Below, piece after piece: positions 27,786 through 40,706 of a stretch of 64,000 nucleotides of DNA. This DNA comes from Octopus vulgaris (Eukaryota). A model generated the notes under the pieces. It did not search any database and was not told where the DNA came from. It saw only the letters and a list, made by a program, of their open reading frames with translations. How positions within the stretch are numbered: the stretch's first letter is position 1; each line of letters starts with the position of its first letter. The DNA lies in the NCBI GenBank assembly GCA_951406725.2, contig OX597821.1:65162001-65226000 (forward strand), written 5' to 3'. The translations under genes and the position numbers were made by a program.

Positions 27786-28126
27786 CGTATATAAAATACC
27801 GGTAACATTTTGTCTGCAGCTCGAACAATTCAACCACGTGACCGCCTTGAAGCTGATAAATTGTATTCTCTTAACCAGGAATCAAAGCTGCACGGGAAAC
27901 TCTACACACAATTTTGTAATTTTAAATGAATATATGTCACATTCCATATTTTTCTGAACCTATTGTCTTTGTTTAACTCAGCCGTGGCTGTTACTCTACT
28001 TTTCCGAGGTTGCTTAATACTATACAATATCCCCATCCTTACGGCGGTAAATTTAGGGGAGAGCTGACTGCTGTTCCTAGCAGGTCAACCGACTAAACAA
28101 TAGTGCGTGTGTGAATTGACTTCGTT

Positions 28127-28238
<112 letters not shown>

Positions 28239-28994
28239 GAGTGTTGACTTTCTTGCAATTAGTTCGGCTTTAAAATACATTAAAACTCCTTATACACAAT
28301 AGATTCCGCTCCAGTGATGTAGATCTGTAAATTTCCAATGTTATTCTCTTTAAACTATAATGCCTTTGATCCTTTGTAAACAGCTCATATATGTAAACAT
28401 TATCTATATTATTATAGGAAAGATGGTGCTAGCGTATGTGATAAAGTAAACCAACTTTTAATTAATTAAAATTACACTCGCAGTGATGAAAACAATAAAA
28501 AGTATGTACGTGCATACATATCTTTTTGTATGTGTGTATACACACAAACACACACACACACATATGTATGTATGCATGTATGTTTGTACCAGTGTGTGCG
28601 CATGTGTGTGTACACGCACACATATACTTGGAAAGCAGCTCAAATATGGATATGACCCTGTCTTGTTAATTAACTGGAAAGCGGCAATGGTTTTACCACG
28701 ACTGTCACATTTTTGTGTTTTCTCAGTTAAATAGGATGCGGAATCTTAAAATTTGGTATCTTGTACAGGCATTTTTCACATCAGACCACGGATAAGAAAA
28801 CATTATGTCTTACTATGCAGTCGTCCTCTAAACTCCAAGTCGTTTTTCTTTTGTAACGCCTTTTATGTCAGTGATATTAATTATCACTTGCTTAATCAGA
28901 GCTCTAGCACCATGGAATTTAAAGATTTTGAATTCACACTCGCAAGATCTCTGCGGCTTTTAGTGTACATGACTAACGGGCTGTTTCTGCTTAA

Positions 28995-29215
28995 CATTGT
29001 AATATCCGTAGCCACTTCAACATGGCTGTCTGTTCGAAAGGACTCTACTGCGATTTTTTAACTCCAAGCGGACATCTCCTCTAGCTGGTTAATGATGCAA
29101 AGCTGCACCCGATAAATCACGAACAGGGGAGCGAACCCCTACGACCTTCCAGCGACGGAACCAATAGACCAGTCCCGGTTTCGGGTTATTTTTCTCACTT
29201 TTCGGTACAGCCATG
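28995..29215 (-). mobile_element. Diverged relative of the 15546 fold-back arm, with a positionally homologous decayed hammerhead (about 29162-29210)
   Basis: GACATCTCCTCTAGCTGG resembles GACACCTCCTCCAGCTGG; minus strand CTGTA CCGAAAA ... GAAA CC-GGGACT-GG TC TATTG. Confidence 0.55.
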
Positions 29216-29364
29216 TTAACGCGGCTACGAGTATTCCTTGTCAGTAAAACTACTGCGTTGATATCTTAGAGAGATTTTAGAACTAGCATTTTTAATTTTT
29301 GATTGTACTTCTCCCTTAATCACATTCTTATCCCACTTCGATTTTCCCAATAAATATATATATA

Positions 29365-31607
29365 CAGTCAGCAAAAAATAATGAGAGAACTAAAATCCAT
29401 GTTAAACCTATACAAGGAAGGGCTCACCGACAAAGAATATGACTATATTACCAATTTCAAAAGTAAAACCAGCCAATTCTACGGTATTCCCAAGATACAC
29501 AAAAGTGAAAAAATAAGTAACGCATGCAAGATAGCCACAGACAAAATAATTAAAGTCCCTTCTCCTAATGACCTCAAATTGAGACCTATAATAGCAGGTC
29601 CCGCATGCGAAACCCACCGCCTCAGTAACTTTTTAGATAGCCTCTTAAAACCATTCCTCAAGCATGTCAAAAGCTATATAAAGGACGACCTGGATATGTT
29701 CAATCACCTTCCTAAAACAATAAACAAAAACACCCTACTAGTATCCTTCCATGTAGTCAACCTCTATTCCAATATTCCCCACAACCTCGGAATAGAGGCA
29801 ATTCAATTCTGGCTAGAGAATTATGCGAACGAATTCCCACATCGCGTCAAAAATGAATTCGTGATAGAAGGGCTAAAATTCATCCTGGAAAATAACTATT
29901 TCGCCTTCAAAGACAACTTCTACCGACAAAAATCGGGGACTGCGATGGGTACGCGAATGGCCCCCTCCTTTCCTAACCTAGTCATGGGATATCTAGAATT
30001 TAGTCTTTATCGTAAGGTCCTAGAAAGATACGGCAGCTCTTTCTCCATCTACATAGAAAATTACTGGAAGAGATACCTAGATGGCTGTTTCGTTCTTTGG
30101 CATGAAAATATAGAGAAACTTAAAGAACCCCAATCACTTTTAAATGGACTTGACGTAAACATTTAATTCACGATGGAATATAGCCAGCAACAACTCCCAT
30201 TCCTCGACGTCCTCATTAAGAATTCTAATAACGTAATAGAAACAGATATACACTATAAACCTAAGGATTCTAAGCAATATCTGCCATTCAATTCATGCCA
30301 CCCCAGACACAATAGAATAAATATCCCCTTCAACCTAGCAAAAAGGATATTTACTATAGTTTCTAATGCAAACACAAGAGACACACGACTACATGAACTA
30401 AAAGATACACTCATCACTAGGAACTACCCACTTTCAGTAATTGCCATATGCTTACAACGTGCCCTTCAACTCAACATCCAGGAACTCAGACATCCCAAAT
30501 TAAAGAAAAATTTACAACCAAAAGTCCTACCATACATCTCCACACACAATCCTCTCAGCGATGAAGCCTTCGACACCATCCTCCAAAACATACCCCTGCT
30601 AAAAAAGGACCACAGAATGAACTTAATCCTCCAAACACACACCATCATAAAAAGCAAGTGACAGCCCAAATCTATGAAAAGTCTCCTAACACAAGCCCGA
30701 ATACGCTCAACAACACAGAAGCCGTCAGTAAAAAACAATTGTGGGATATGCGATTATCTAATTGAGGAATAAGAGTTCTCTTTCAAACAGGGACAACTTC
30801 ACATGTGCTTCGGAGAAATTGATATACACACTAACCTGCTCTGGGTGTCAAGAGCAATACATAGGCCAAACAAAAAATAGTCTACGTAAAAGAATGGCCC
30901 TGCACAGATCCCAGATAAATATTCCCCAAAACAGAAAAATAGCATTCAGCCAACACATAGACATTTGCGCCAACAACAAAAATCCAAGCTTCAGTATTTT
31001 TCCCCTCAACCAATTCAGGGACGATACAACCTGGAGCCAACGAATTAGTAGACTCTCTTTATTACAAAATACAGGCCCCTTCTGAACGGGTCTACGACAA
31101 ACGACATATCCACCTCGGACTTAGAATAACACAAATACACATGCAAATATTAAAAATGATACACACAAGAGATTCCCAAGAATTCATTAAAAAACAATCC
31201 CAATCACTGCTAGAATCCATAACGTGCCAATTTTAAGTCATTTAAACATTTAACACCTTACTAATTTCACACTATCTACATTCCTTCTTATTCTCCCTTC
31301 TTCTTCTTCTTCTTCTTCTTCTTCTTCTTCTTCTTCTTCTTCTTCTTCTTCTTCTTCTTCTTCTTCTTTTTCTTCTTCCCTACCAAAAATTCACAAGAGT
31401 AAACAAGAGAGACAGAGACATGCAGAAACAAAGAAAATGCCCCTTGTATTTGAACACTATACAAATATTCTTTAAAAAAAACTTTTTTTTAAATTTTTCT
31501 AAATTTAATTGTTTAATTGTTACAGTTGAAAAAGTCTCAATGACTGAAACCGGCACTGAAATGTTTTTTATAAAATTATTTTAGCATTTTCTATCTTGAC
31601 TTTTTTT

Positions 31608-31609
<2 letters not shown>
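29365..31609 (+). mobile_element. Penelope-like retroelement copy 2, inactivated by stops at 30164 and 30659, frameshifts and YLDD>YLDG; between (TA)n tracts
   Basis: FYGIPKIHK, LRPII, SFHVVNLYSNIP, QKSGTAMGTRMAPS, LPFLDVLI, YIGQT; colinear with copy 1. Confidence 0.95.
31523..31558 (+). ncRNA. Hammerhead-like motif of PLE copy 2 (U3-A8 core; triplet mutated to GCA)
   Basis: CAG TTGAAAA AGTC-TCAAT-GACT GAAA CCGG CA CTG. Confidence 0.65.
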
Positions 31610-31667
<58 letters not shown>

Positions 31668-32220
31668 GCATACATACATACATACACACACACACACATA
31701 CGCACGCACATATATACATACATAGATGAATGGACGGATGGATGGATGGATGGATATGCGTACGCATGATTGTGTTTATATCTAGAAGACGTTTCTGCTG
31801 TCTCCATTTATGCCCCTTAGTTCATCTGCTGCACAAAAAGCTGTTAATAAAATGAAATACATGATAAAAACAGAGACTATTATTGTTATGATTAGCTTAA
31901 ATTTTGGAAGCAATTGTCTAGTTTGGCTACAGTAGGATGACAGCTGTAAAAGAAGAAAGCAAAGTATTTTATGATAAATTTTCGCTGCGAATTCTTTTCA
32001 TTATCTTTAAATTTTCTACAAGATTTCTCAATATATATCTGATGTAGTGTTAACATTTAAGCCATGAGCAGGTGTGGCGGGTTAAAAGAGATGGTGAGAT
32101 TAACAAGTGATTTGCAGCAAGTCATGATATCATTTTACCTACTACATGATATTTTTGTCCTATCTACATTCCAATATTGGAGCTTTGTATCTTTGTTAGA
32201 AACCAGCTTTTAAATAATTA

Positions 32221-32557
32221 TATGAAGAATAGAACATACATATATATTCCGAAATATCATCTCAGGCTATGGATGACGAAATTACAACAGGTATATCGCT
32301 CACTGTCTATATTATAGTGCATTGTTGTACCATTCAAAACGTTTTATTCTTTACAAACAATACACAATGCTTCAAGCGAACTACAATACTCTCCTATCTC
32401 TACGCCTGGGCCAGATCGAGTTCGCAACCACTATCTGAAGAAGGAATATTATTCTGAAATATCATAGCTGACTATGGATGATTAATTACAACAGATATAT
32501 CGCCCATTGTCTATATCATAGCGCATTGTTGTACCATTCAAAACTTTTTATTCTTTA
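32221..32557 (+). repeat. ~213-bp partial tandem repeat delimited by hammerhead-like motifs (best at 32431-32467)
   Basis: CTAT CTGAAGA AGGAAT-ATT-ATTCT GAAA TA TC ATAG; 32245-32353 is repeated at 32450-32556. Confidence 0.65.
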
Positions 32558-32615
32558 TACATATATACATACATATGTATATACACTTATATATATATGC
32601 ATATATATGTATGTG

Positions 32616-32680
<65 letters not shown>

Positions 32681-33826
32681 ACGTTTTCCTTTTCTCTGTT
32701 TTTATAGAGTAAATTTTCACCGGCCACCTACTTGGTAACAAAGTTGTGAAGCTATGCATCTTGTTTTAACTATGATCCTTCTAGTCTTAAGGGGGTCTTG
32801 CAGATTATCATAGTCCCAGATATCATTATTAGTGTATGTATGTATGTATGTATGTATGAATGAATGTATGTATATATGTATGTATGAATGAATGTATGTA
32901 TGTATGTATGTATGTATGTATGTATGTATGTATGTATGTATGTATGTATGTATGTATGTACGTTAATACATATGACTTCAGTTTCCATGTGATCTTCGTC
33001 TACCAAATTTCGCTTAGAAGAGATCTGTTAACTAATGCTATACGCATATTCTTAATAGAACCGAACAAGAAAAAAGTGTTAATGAACAAATCTTCTTAAC
33101 TGTGCAACGTTTTCTCCCTTTATCTCTCGCTTTCCTAATGCATCACACATACACACACACACACACACACTTATGTATTTATAGGTATATACATGCGAGT
33201 TGCTCTTTGTATATATGTAGTCTACTGAATCTATTTGTATGCCATATTATCATAATTTAAACAGATCGTATTTATTTAGTAAAATGTTTTGCGAAACACT
33301 GTTTACCTTAACCGTCCAGAGCTCACATGCTATCCTACAACTCACAAACCCCACTGGCAATCACTGCAGGGCTTTCCTTCAGCTGACAACAGCTGCGAAT
33401 ACGATTGTTATTATATGCTTCTATTATGGATTCTCTCAACAGAGAAGACTTCCTTCGTCTTCTTATGTAGCTGTACCTTGCTCCAAGATGTGTGTACCGC
33501 GAGCCGAGCAAGGAAATTCTGCCTGTTCATTTGGCCAACTAAAATTATCAGGTAAGTTGCCATCTAATCAAACTTTTTTGCAAATCCATGAGGAGATACG
33601 TGAGATAGTGGCACTCTGATACTCCGTCGGTTATGACGACGAGGTTTCCAGTTCATCCGATGACCGGAACACCCTGCTCGTGAAATTAGCGTGCATGTGG
33701 CTGAGCGAGCTCTCTACAGACATGTGTACCCGTAATGTAGTTCTCAAGAAGATCTAACATGACGCAGAATGTGCCAGGATGTGGCTAGCCAAGTGAACTA
33801 GAGCAACAGAAATACAGCATCTTGCT

Positions 33827-34046
33827 GTTCTGCATTTTAGAGATGAGGAATTCTGTACTTAATTTACATTGGACGGATAAGTGTCCATATCTTTTTTGTT
33901 GTTACCATAACATTTCGGCTGATTTACTCTCCAACCTTCACCAGGACACCTGCTGAAGGCTGGAGAGTAAATCAGCCGAAACGTTGTGGTAACAACAAAC
34001 AAGATTAGGATACATATCCGTCCAATATAATTAATGTAAATAATGT
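33827..34046. mobile_element. Fold-back hammerhead element with a 15-bp TSD, inserted in a minus-strand tRNA SINE (about 33617-34145)
   Basis: TSD ATACAGCATCTTGCT at 33812-33826 and 34047-34061; GACAC CTGCTGA A GGCTG-GAGAGTAAAT-CAGCC GAAA CG TT GTG at 33945-33990, mirrored at about 33900-33945. Confidence 0.85.
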
Positions 34047-34647
34047 ATACAGCATCTTGCTCAAAGACACAGCTCACCGCCAGGACTCGAAATAACGACG
34101 TTACGACCGTGAACCGAATACCCTAATCACTAAGCCACGTGCTGACGTTAGAATGTCACGGTTGGAATGGTTTTACTCTTACGTTTAATGAGTCAGAGCT
34201 GACTTGGGTCTAAATTGCAATAACGAAAAAGCGATCACAAAATGTAATACGGTCTTTAAATATGGAGCATAACTTACTCTGAGTTAAACACTATGAATGT
34301 AAAGACAGATCACTTATGAATTGATATGCTTTTCATCAGAGGCAGGTTTAATGAGGACTCGTTGAACGCTAAATAACAAGAAACATTCTTATCAGCTGAG
34401 ATTTATAAATACATATTTTGCAACATCTAAACAAATTATGTATCATATTGATCCACTTGAAAAATCAAAGACTAGATGACCGATGTTAGCATTAAATTTT
34501 TTAGGAAAGCTGTTAATATTTGAAATCATAATAGACACAAAATTCTGTGCTCACTGACTCTCATGTAGATTCAAATATAGAATTACTCCTCTTCCTCCTC
34601 CTCCTCCTCCTCCACGTTCACTTCATCATCATCATCATCATCACCGC

Positions 34648-34702
<55 letters not shown>

Positions 34703-34704
<2 letters not shown>

Positions 34705-35150
34705 GGCAGCGAGCTGGCAGAATCGTTAGCACGCTGGGCGAAGTGCTTAGCTGTATTTCGCCCGTTGCTGCGTTCTAGGTTCAAATTCTGCCGAGGGTCG
34801 ATTTGCCTTTCACCCTTCGGGGTTCCATTCAATAAACAAGAGTTACGCATTAGGGAAGATGTAATCGACTTAATCCCTTCCCCCCACCCGGGATTGCTGG
34901 ATTTGTACCAAAATTTGAAAACATTATTTTAATGCAGTCAACTGGCAGAATTGTTTGAGTGGCGGACAAATTGCTTTTGATGGGGTTTTTTCCGATTCTT
35001 TATGTTTTGTGTTCAAATTCCGCCGGGCTCAAGATTGCATTTTATGTTTCTGGGGTCGATGACATGAAAGTATCACTCAAGTACTGGAGACGATAGTATC
35101 GACTCATCTTCTCCTCTCCCAAATTGCTGGCCTAAATTAGAAAACATTAT
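34703..35150 (+). mobile_element. Two adjacent SINE family A copies after (ATT)n
   Basis: AAGGCAGCGAGCTGGCAGAATCGTTAGC head, GTTCAAATTC B-box, core. Confidence 0.8.
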
Positions 35151-35923
35151 TATTATTTCTTAAATTCATATCACTTCCTTATTTGCATGAGCAAAGTTCT
35201 ACACATTCTAAAAATGGTTTGATATTGTTGCTACCAATCTAATAGCCTCTCATATTAGATGGGTAACAGCAATTTCAATCTAAAATCTGTAAAGGGTATA
35301 ATGAATAGCGAAGCTAGGCAATCATATAAAGAATTTTTATTAGAAGGGAATATTCTTACGAAAAAAAATAATAAAAAATTATTTTCTTTTTCTTTTCAAA
35401 ACAGATATGCTAATTTTAAACGACTAATGTCGAGAGGTTTGTTGCTAAGATACATTCGGCATTTCAATTATTTACTTTATTTTATCGTATTTATTTACAT
35501 ATTTAGATGTTTTTGTTGTTTAGTATATGTATACGTGTGCATCTAATGAGCTCAACATAATGTATTTTTAGTCATATAGAATGGATGTTACGTTGTGAAA
35601 CTTTGATGGCTCGAAATGATTATAAAACTTATTTCACCATTTTATTTCTAACAATAAATAAATACATCAATACATAAATAAATAAAACAAAAGAAAGATA
35701 ACATTCAATTGAAAAGAAGATTTAAATAGACAAATGATAAATAAAATGTAAAAAAAAAAATTACAAATAATATTGTCAGATCTGTTTTTCTTCTACTTTC
35801 ACACCTTCGCTATCGCTGCCAATATGGTTGTTCTTCTGCATTCATGTCTATCTCTACGCACACAGATACACACAAACACACACATGTATACGCATGTATA
35901 CATGCATACGTATTCATACACAC

Positions 35924-35959
<36 letters not shown>

Positions 35960-36062
35960 ACATATACATATATATATATATATAAACATATATATTTCTA
36001 TATAGGTATACATACATACGTACACACACATACATATGTGTGTATATGCATACTCTGTACAT

Positions 36063-36119
<57 letters not shown>

Positions 36120-36231
36120 AGGAAAGAGAGAGAGAGAGAGACCGAGAAAGACATGCATAAAGTCAAACACACACAGGCAATGTGCACAAATACAGACACA
36201 CATACATACGTATATACGTGTTGTGTATGTT

Positions 36232-36264
<33 letters not shown>

Positions 36265-36531
36265 TAGTGTATGTAGGCTCGTGTTTATAAATCAAACGTA
36301 GCAAAAGTGAATGAAGCAGAAGCAGCCCGAATGTTTGGCAATTTTTGTGACCAAACCTATTATTCATAGTCATAAATCTCCCATCGTTTTGATTTTAAAA
36401 CAACATAAGAAGTAAGAACAACAACACGAACAACAAAAACAAGAACAACAGCAACGACAATAATGATAATAACAACAACAACTACGACGACGACGACGAC
36501 GATAACGATAATAACAACAACAACAGCAATA

Positions 36532-36574
<43 letters not shown>

Positions 36575-36882
36575 TAATAATAATAATAATAATAATATGC
36601 GAAGGGTAAATGAAAAGTTTATTTTCTGATATTTTCTTCGATCGCTTTCATTGAATATTTAAATTTATAATGGCTTGTTTTTTTGGTTTCTTTGGAGATT
36701 TTTTGTCATTTATATTTTGTTATTTTGTCTTCTATTCGTGTATGTGTATATGTGTGTGTATGTTTTATTTTTTTTTGTTGCTTTTTTTCTTTACATCAAT
36801 CTCCTTTCCCACCGCAGTTGTAGTTTCTTCTGTTCTTTCTCTCTACTTCTTCGCCTTCTTCGTCTTCCTTTCGTTGGCATTA

Positions 36883-36916
<34 letters not shown>

Positions 36917-36986
36917 GTTGCTTGTTCTTCAAAATCATTTATATCCGCTGAATAAATCAAGAAGGCAGAGACAAGATAAAAAAATA

Positions 36987-37053
<67 letters not shown>

Positions 37054-37540
37054 TAAATGAGAAAAAAATGAAAAAAAAATTACTGTTCGAAGCAGAAAGG
37101 GTGTATTTAACAATTATAGAAAACCATAATAGAATCAGGACAAAGAAAGTCATATTTACTCGCAGACGAAACAGTAAGAATATTTCCTTCTTGTTTGATT
37201 TTCTTCTGATATTTTTTCTTCCTATCAATAAAAATAGATTTCTACTAATATCGAATGCATAGCAACAACAATAGACGCACAACACACCCACACATACGGA
37301 CGGACACATTGACACTAAGGCATAGACATGCAAAAAAAAAGCACACCTCTGTCTCACTTTCTTTCTCTTTCTCTCTCCCCCTCTCCCTCCCTCTATCTCC
37401 TTCTGTGTTTTTTTGTCTCTCTCATCCACACTCGCACTAACTTGATTTCAAATACACACGATCAGCATCAGCAATAACACTAGAACGATCAACTAACGAT
37501 AGTTACACCGATAATAATATTCATCACAGCAAGAACGTTG

Positions 37541-37708
37541 ATAATAATAATAATAATAATAATAATAGTAAACATAATGATAATCATCATAATAATAGTA
37601 ATAATAATAATAATAATAATAGTAATAATAATAATAATAATAATAATAGTAATTGTAAACATAATGATAATAATAATAATAATGATAATAATAATAATAA
37701 TAATAATA

Positions 37709-37744
<36 letters not shown>

Positions 37745-37867
37745 GTAAACATAATGATAATCATCATAATAATGATAATAATAATAATAATAATAATAAT
37801 AGTTACAATAATAATAATAATAATAATAGTAAACATAATGATAATCATCATGATAATAATAGTAAAC

Positions 37868-37961
<94 letters not shown>

Positions 37962-37995
37962 TAATAGTAATAATAATATGATAATAATAATAATA

Positions 37996-38040
<45 letters not shown>

Positions 38041-38245
38041 GTAATAATAATAATAGTAACAATAATGTTGATAATAATCAAAATAATAAAAGAAATAATA
38101 ATAATAATAGTAAACAATAATAATAATAATCATAATGATAATAATAATAATAGCATCAAGAAGAAGAAGAAGAAGAAGAAGAAGAAGCATTGTAATAATA
38201 ACAATAATAATAATGATACTAATAATTTTGGTAATAACAACAATG
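37541..38245. repeat. Complex (AAT)n satellite with a recurring AGTAAACATAATGATAATCATC higher-order unit
   Basis: Direct reading. Confidence 0.95.
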
Positions 38246-38547
38246 TGTAAAGCAAAACAGAGGAGAGCAAAGTAAATTACGAAATTAAATAATTCTTTTC
38301 CTATTTTATGGAGCTTACTTTTGGTTTCTTTCTGTAGTTTATGTTGGCATGTAGATATAGATGTGTGGGTGGGTGTGTGGGTGGGTGATCACGAAAGAAT
38401 GAGTGAATAGGAAAGAAAGCGAGTGAGAGAGAAAAGAAAAAAAAGATAGACAAAGATTCACAGAAAGAGTTAAACGAAAGAATCTGGGGAAGAAAAAACG
38501 TGAAACGCAAAACGAAAATCAAGAATACTAGTAAATAATACATACGT

Positions 38548-38602
<55 letters not shown>

Positions 38603-39025
38603 TCATATATGTATATATATATATAAATGCATATATACATATATATATATATATGTATATACATGTACATATACATATATATATATATGCATACATATAA
38701 ATATTCATCTATATACGTTTGCAAGCGTATATGTATGTATTCATGTATGTAAACACAAGCCTACATGCACATGTATATATATAGATATGTGTGTGCATAT
38801 ATACATATATGTATATATATACACATCCGTATAGAAGAAACAGAGTAAGAGTGGGTTATTATGCACACCTCTCATTCCATACGTAATACGTATAAACAAT
38901 CATATGTATTATCGTTCAAAGATAGAGACACAAAGAGACATACAAACGTTTATACGCACTCATATATACATCTACATACACACACATATATGTGAGTGTG
39001 TCCGTATATATATATACATACATAC

Positions 39026-39093
<68 letters not shown>

Positions 39094-39104
39094 GCGCGTG
39101 CTCA

Positions 39105-39505
39105 TGAGTGACTGTGTGTTAAGTAGCTTGCTTACCAACCATATGGTTCCGGGTTCAGTCCACTGCGTGGCACCTTGGACAATTGTCTTCTACTATACAT
39201 TGGGGCCGATCAAACCCTTGTCAGTGGAATTGGTAGACGGAGATTGAAAGAATCTTGTCGTGTATATATATATATATGTATGTATCTATATATATATATA
39301 TGTGTGTGTGTGCCTGTGTTTGTCCCCCACCACCATCACTTGACAACCGATGTCGGTGTGTTTACGTCCCTGTAACTTAGCGGTTCGGTACTAGATTAAG
39401 TACTAGGCTTACAAAGAATAAGTGCTGGGGTCGATTTGTTCCACCAAAGGTAGTGCTCCAGCATGGCCGCTGTCAAGTTGTCTGAAACAAATGAAAGAAT
39501 AAAGG
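39105..39505 (+). mobile_element. SINE family B, near full length
   Basis: Same head, internal microsatellite and tail as 5854-6596. Confidence 0.85.
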
Positions 39506-39634
39506 AATATATATATTCCTTTATTTATCATAGTAATTTTTAGTACAATATTAATAATATATATAAAATTTATATTTTATTTTAGATAATATCTTTCACT
39601 ATTAATTTATTTACTTTGATGGATTTTCTGTCTC

Positions 39635-39696
<62 letters not shown>

Positions 39697-39698
<2 letters not shown>

Positions 39699-40706
39699 CG
39701 GGAAGCTTTATGAAAATAAACAAAAGACGAAGGCAGGTGGAAAACAAACGAACAATTGTATTAGTATGGCGCTCAGGAAATATAAATAAAACAAGTCTTT
39801 AACGTTTCGAGCCTACGCTCTTCAACAGAAAGATACACAGAGAGAGAAAAACACAGAAAGAAGGAGAGAAAAAAAAATGCGTGCAGTAGCTAACGAATCA
39901 ACATGGCGATCTGATTTCGGCCAGAGGTCAAAGATCAAACATGAGACGCGAGAGCGAAATAAGGGGAGATAATAGGGTTGATAAAAGGGTTGAGGGACCA
40001 GCTAAAAGTGCGTGGGAGGGGTCTGGATGTGTGTATGTATAGGGTTGGTGTATGTATTAGTATGTATAAGGGTGTGTGTGTGTGTGTGTGTGTGTATGAG
40101 AGAGTATTAGTGCGTAGGATTGGTCTGGACGTGCGTATGTATGGGGTTGGTGTATGTATTAGTATGTATTAGTATGTATTAGTACGTATTGGTATGTATA
40201 GGTGTGTGTGTGTGTGTGTGTGAGAGAGTATAAGTGCGTGTGCGGGGTCTGGACGTGTGTATGTATAGGGTTGGTGTAAGTATTAGTATGTACTAGTATG
40301 TATTAGTACGTATTAGTATGTATTAGTTGGTGTGTGTATTAGTATGGCACATCATATGTGATGTGATGTGTAAAGTCATGTGGTGTAGTGAGGAGAAGAG
40401 AGGGAGGGGGAGAAGAGGGGGGAGAGAAGGGGAGGGGGAGAAGAGGGGGAGAAGGGGAGGGAAAAGAAGAGGGGAGAGGAGAAGGGGAGAGGAGAGGATG
40501 GGGGAGAAGGAAGGGGATGAGGGGGATGAAGGAGGAAAGAGGGAGAGGGGGAGAGAGAAGGGAAGAGAGGGAGTGAGGGAGCAGAGGGAAGGGGAAGAGG
40601 GGGGAGAAAGAGGGAAGAAGGGAAGGGGAGTAGGGGTGAAAGGATGAAGGACTGAAGAAGTAGGGGTCGGGGGGAGAAAGGATAGGTGAGGAGGGGGGAG
40701 AGGGGG
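39697..40706 (-). mobile_element. PLE-like 3' terminal region with a hammerhead-like motif (39796-39833), three ~100-130-bp repeats and a polypurine (plus-strand) tract
   Basis: Minus strand TCTTT CTGTTGA A GAGC-GTAG-GCTC GAAA CG TT AAAGA; GGTCTGGA(T/C)GTG repeats at ~40020, ~40122 and ~40246; (TA)n at both ends. Confidence 0.65.

Noticed and set aside
30659-30661. In-frame TGA in PLE copy 2 as possible selenocysteine recoding
   Set aside because: Copy 1 has an Arg codon here and copy 2 has other inactivating lesions.
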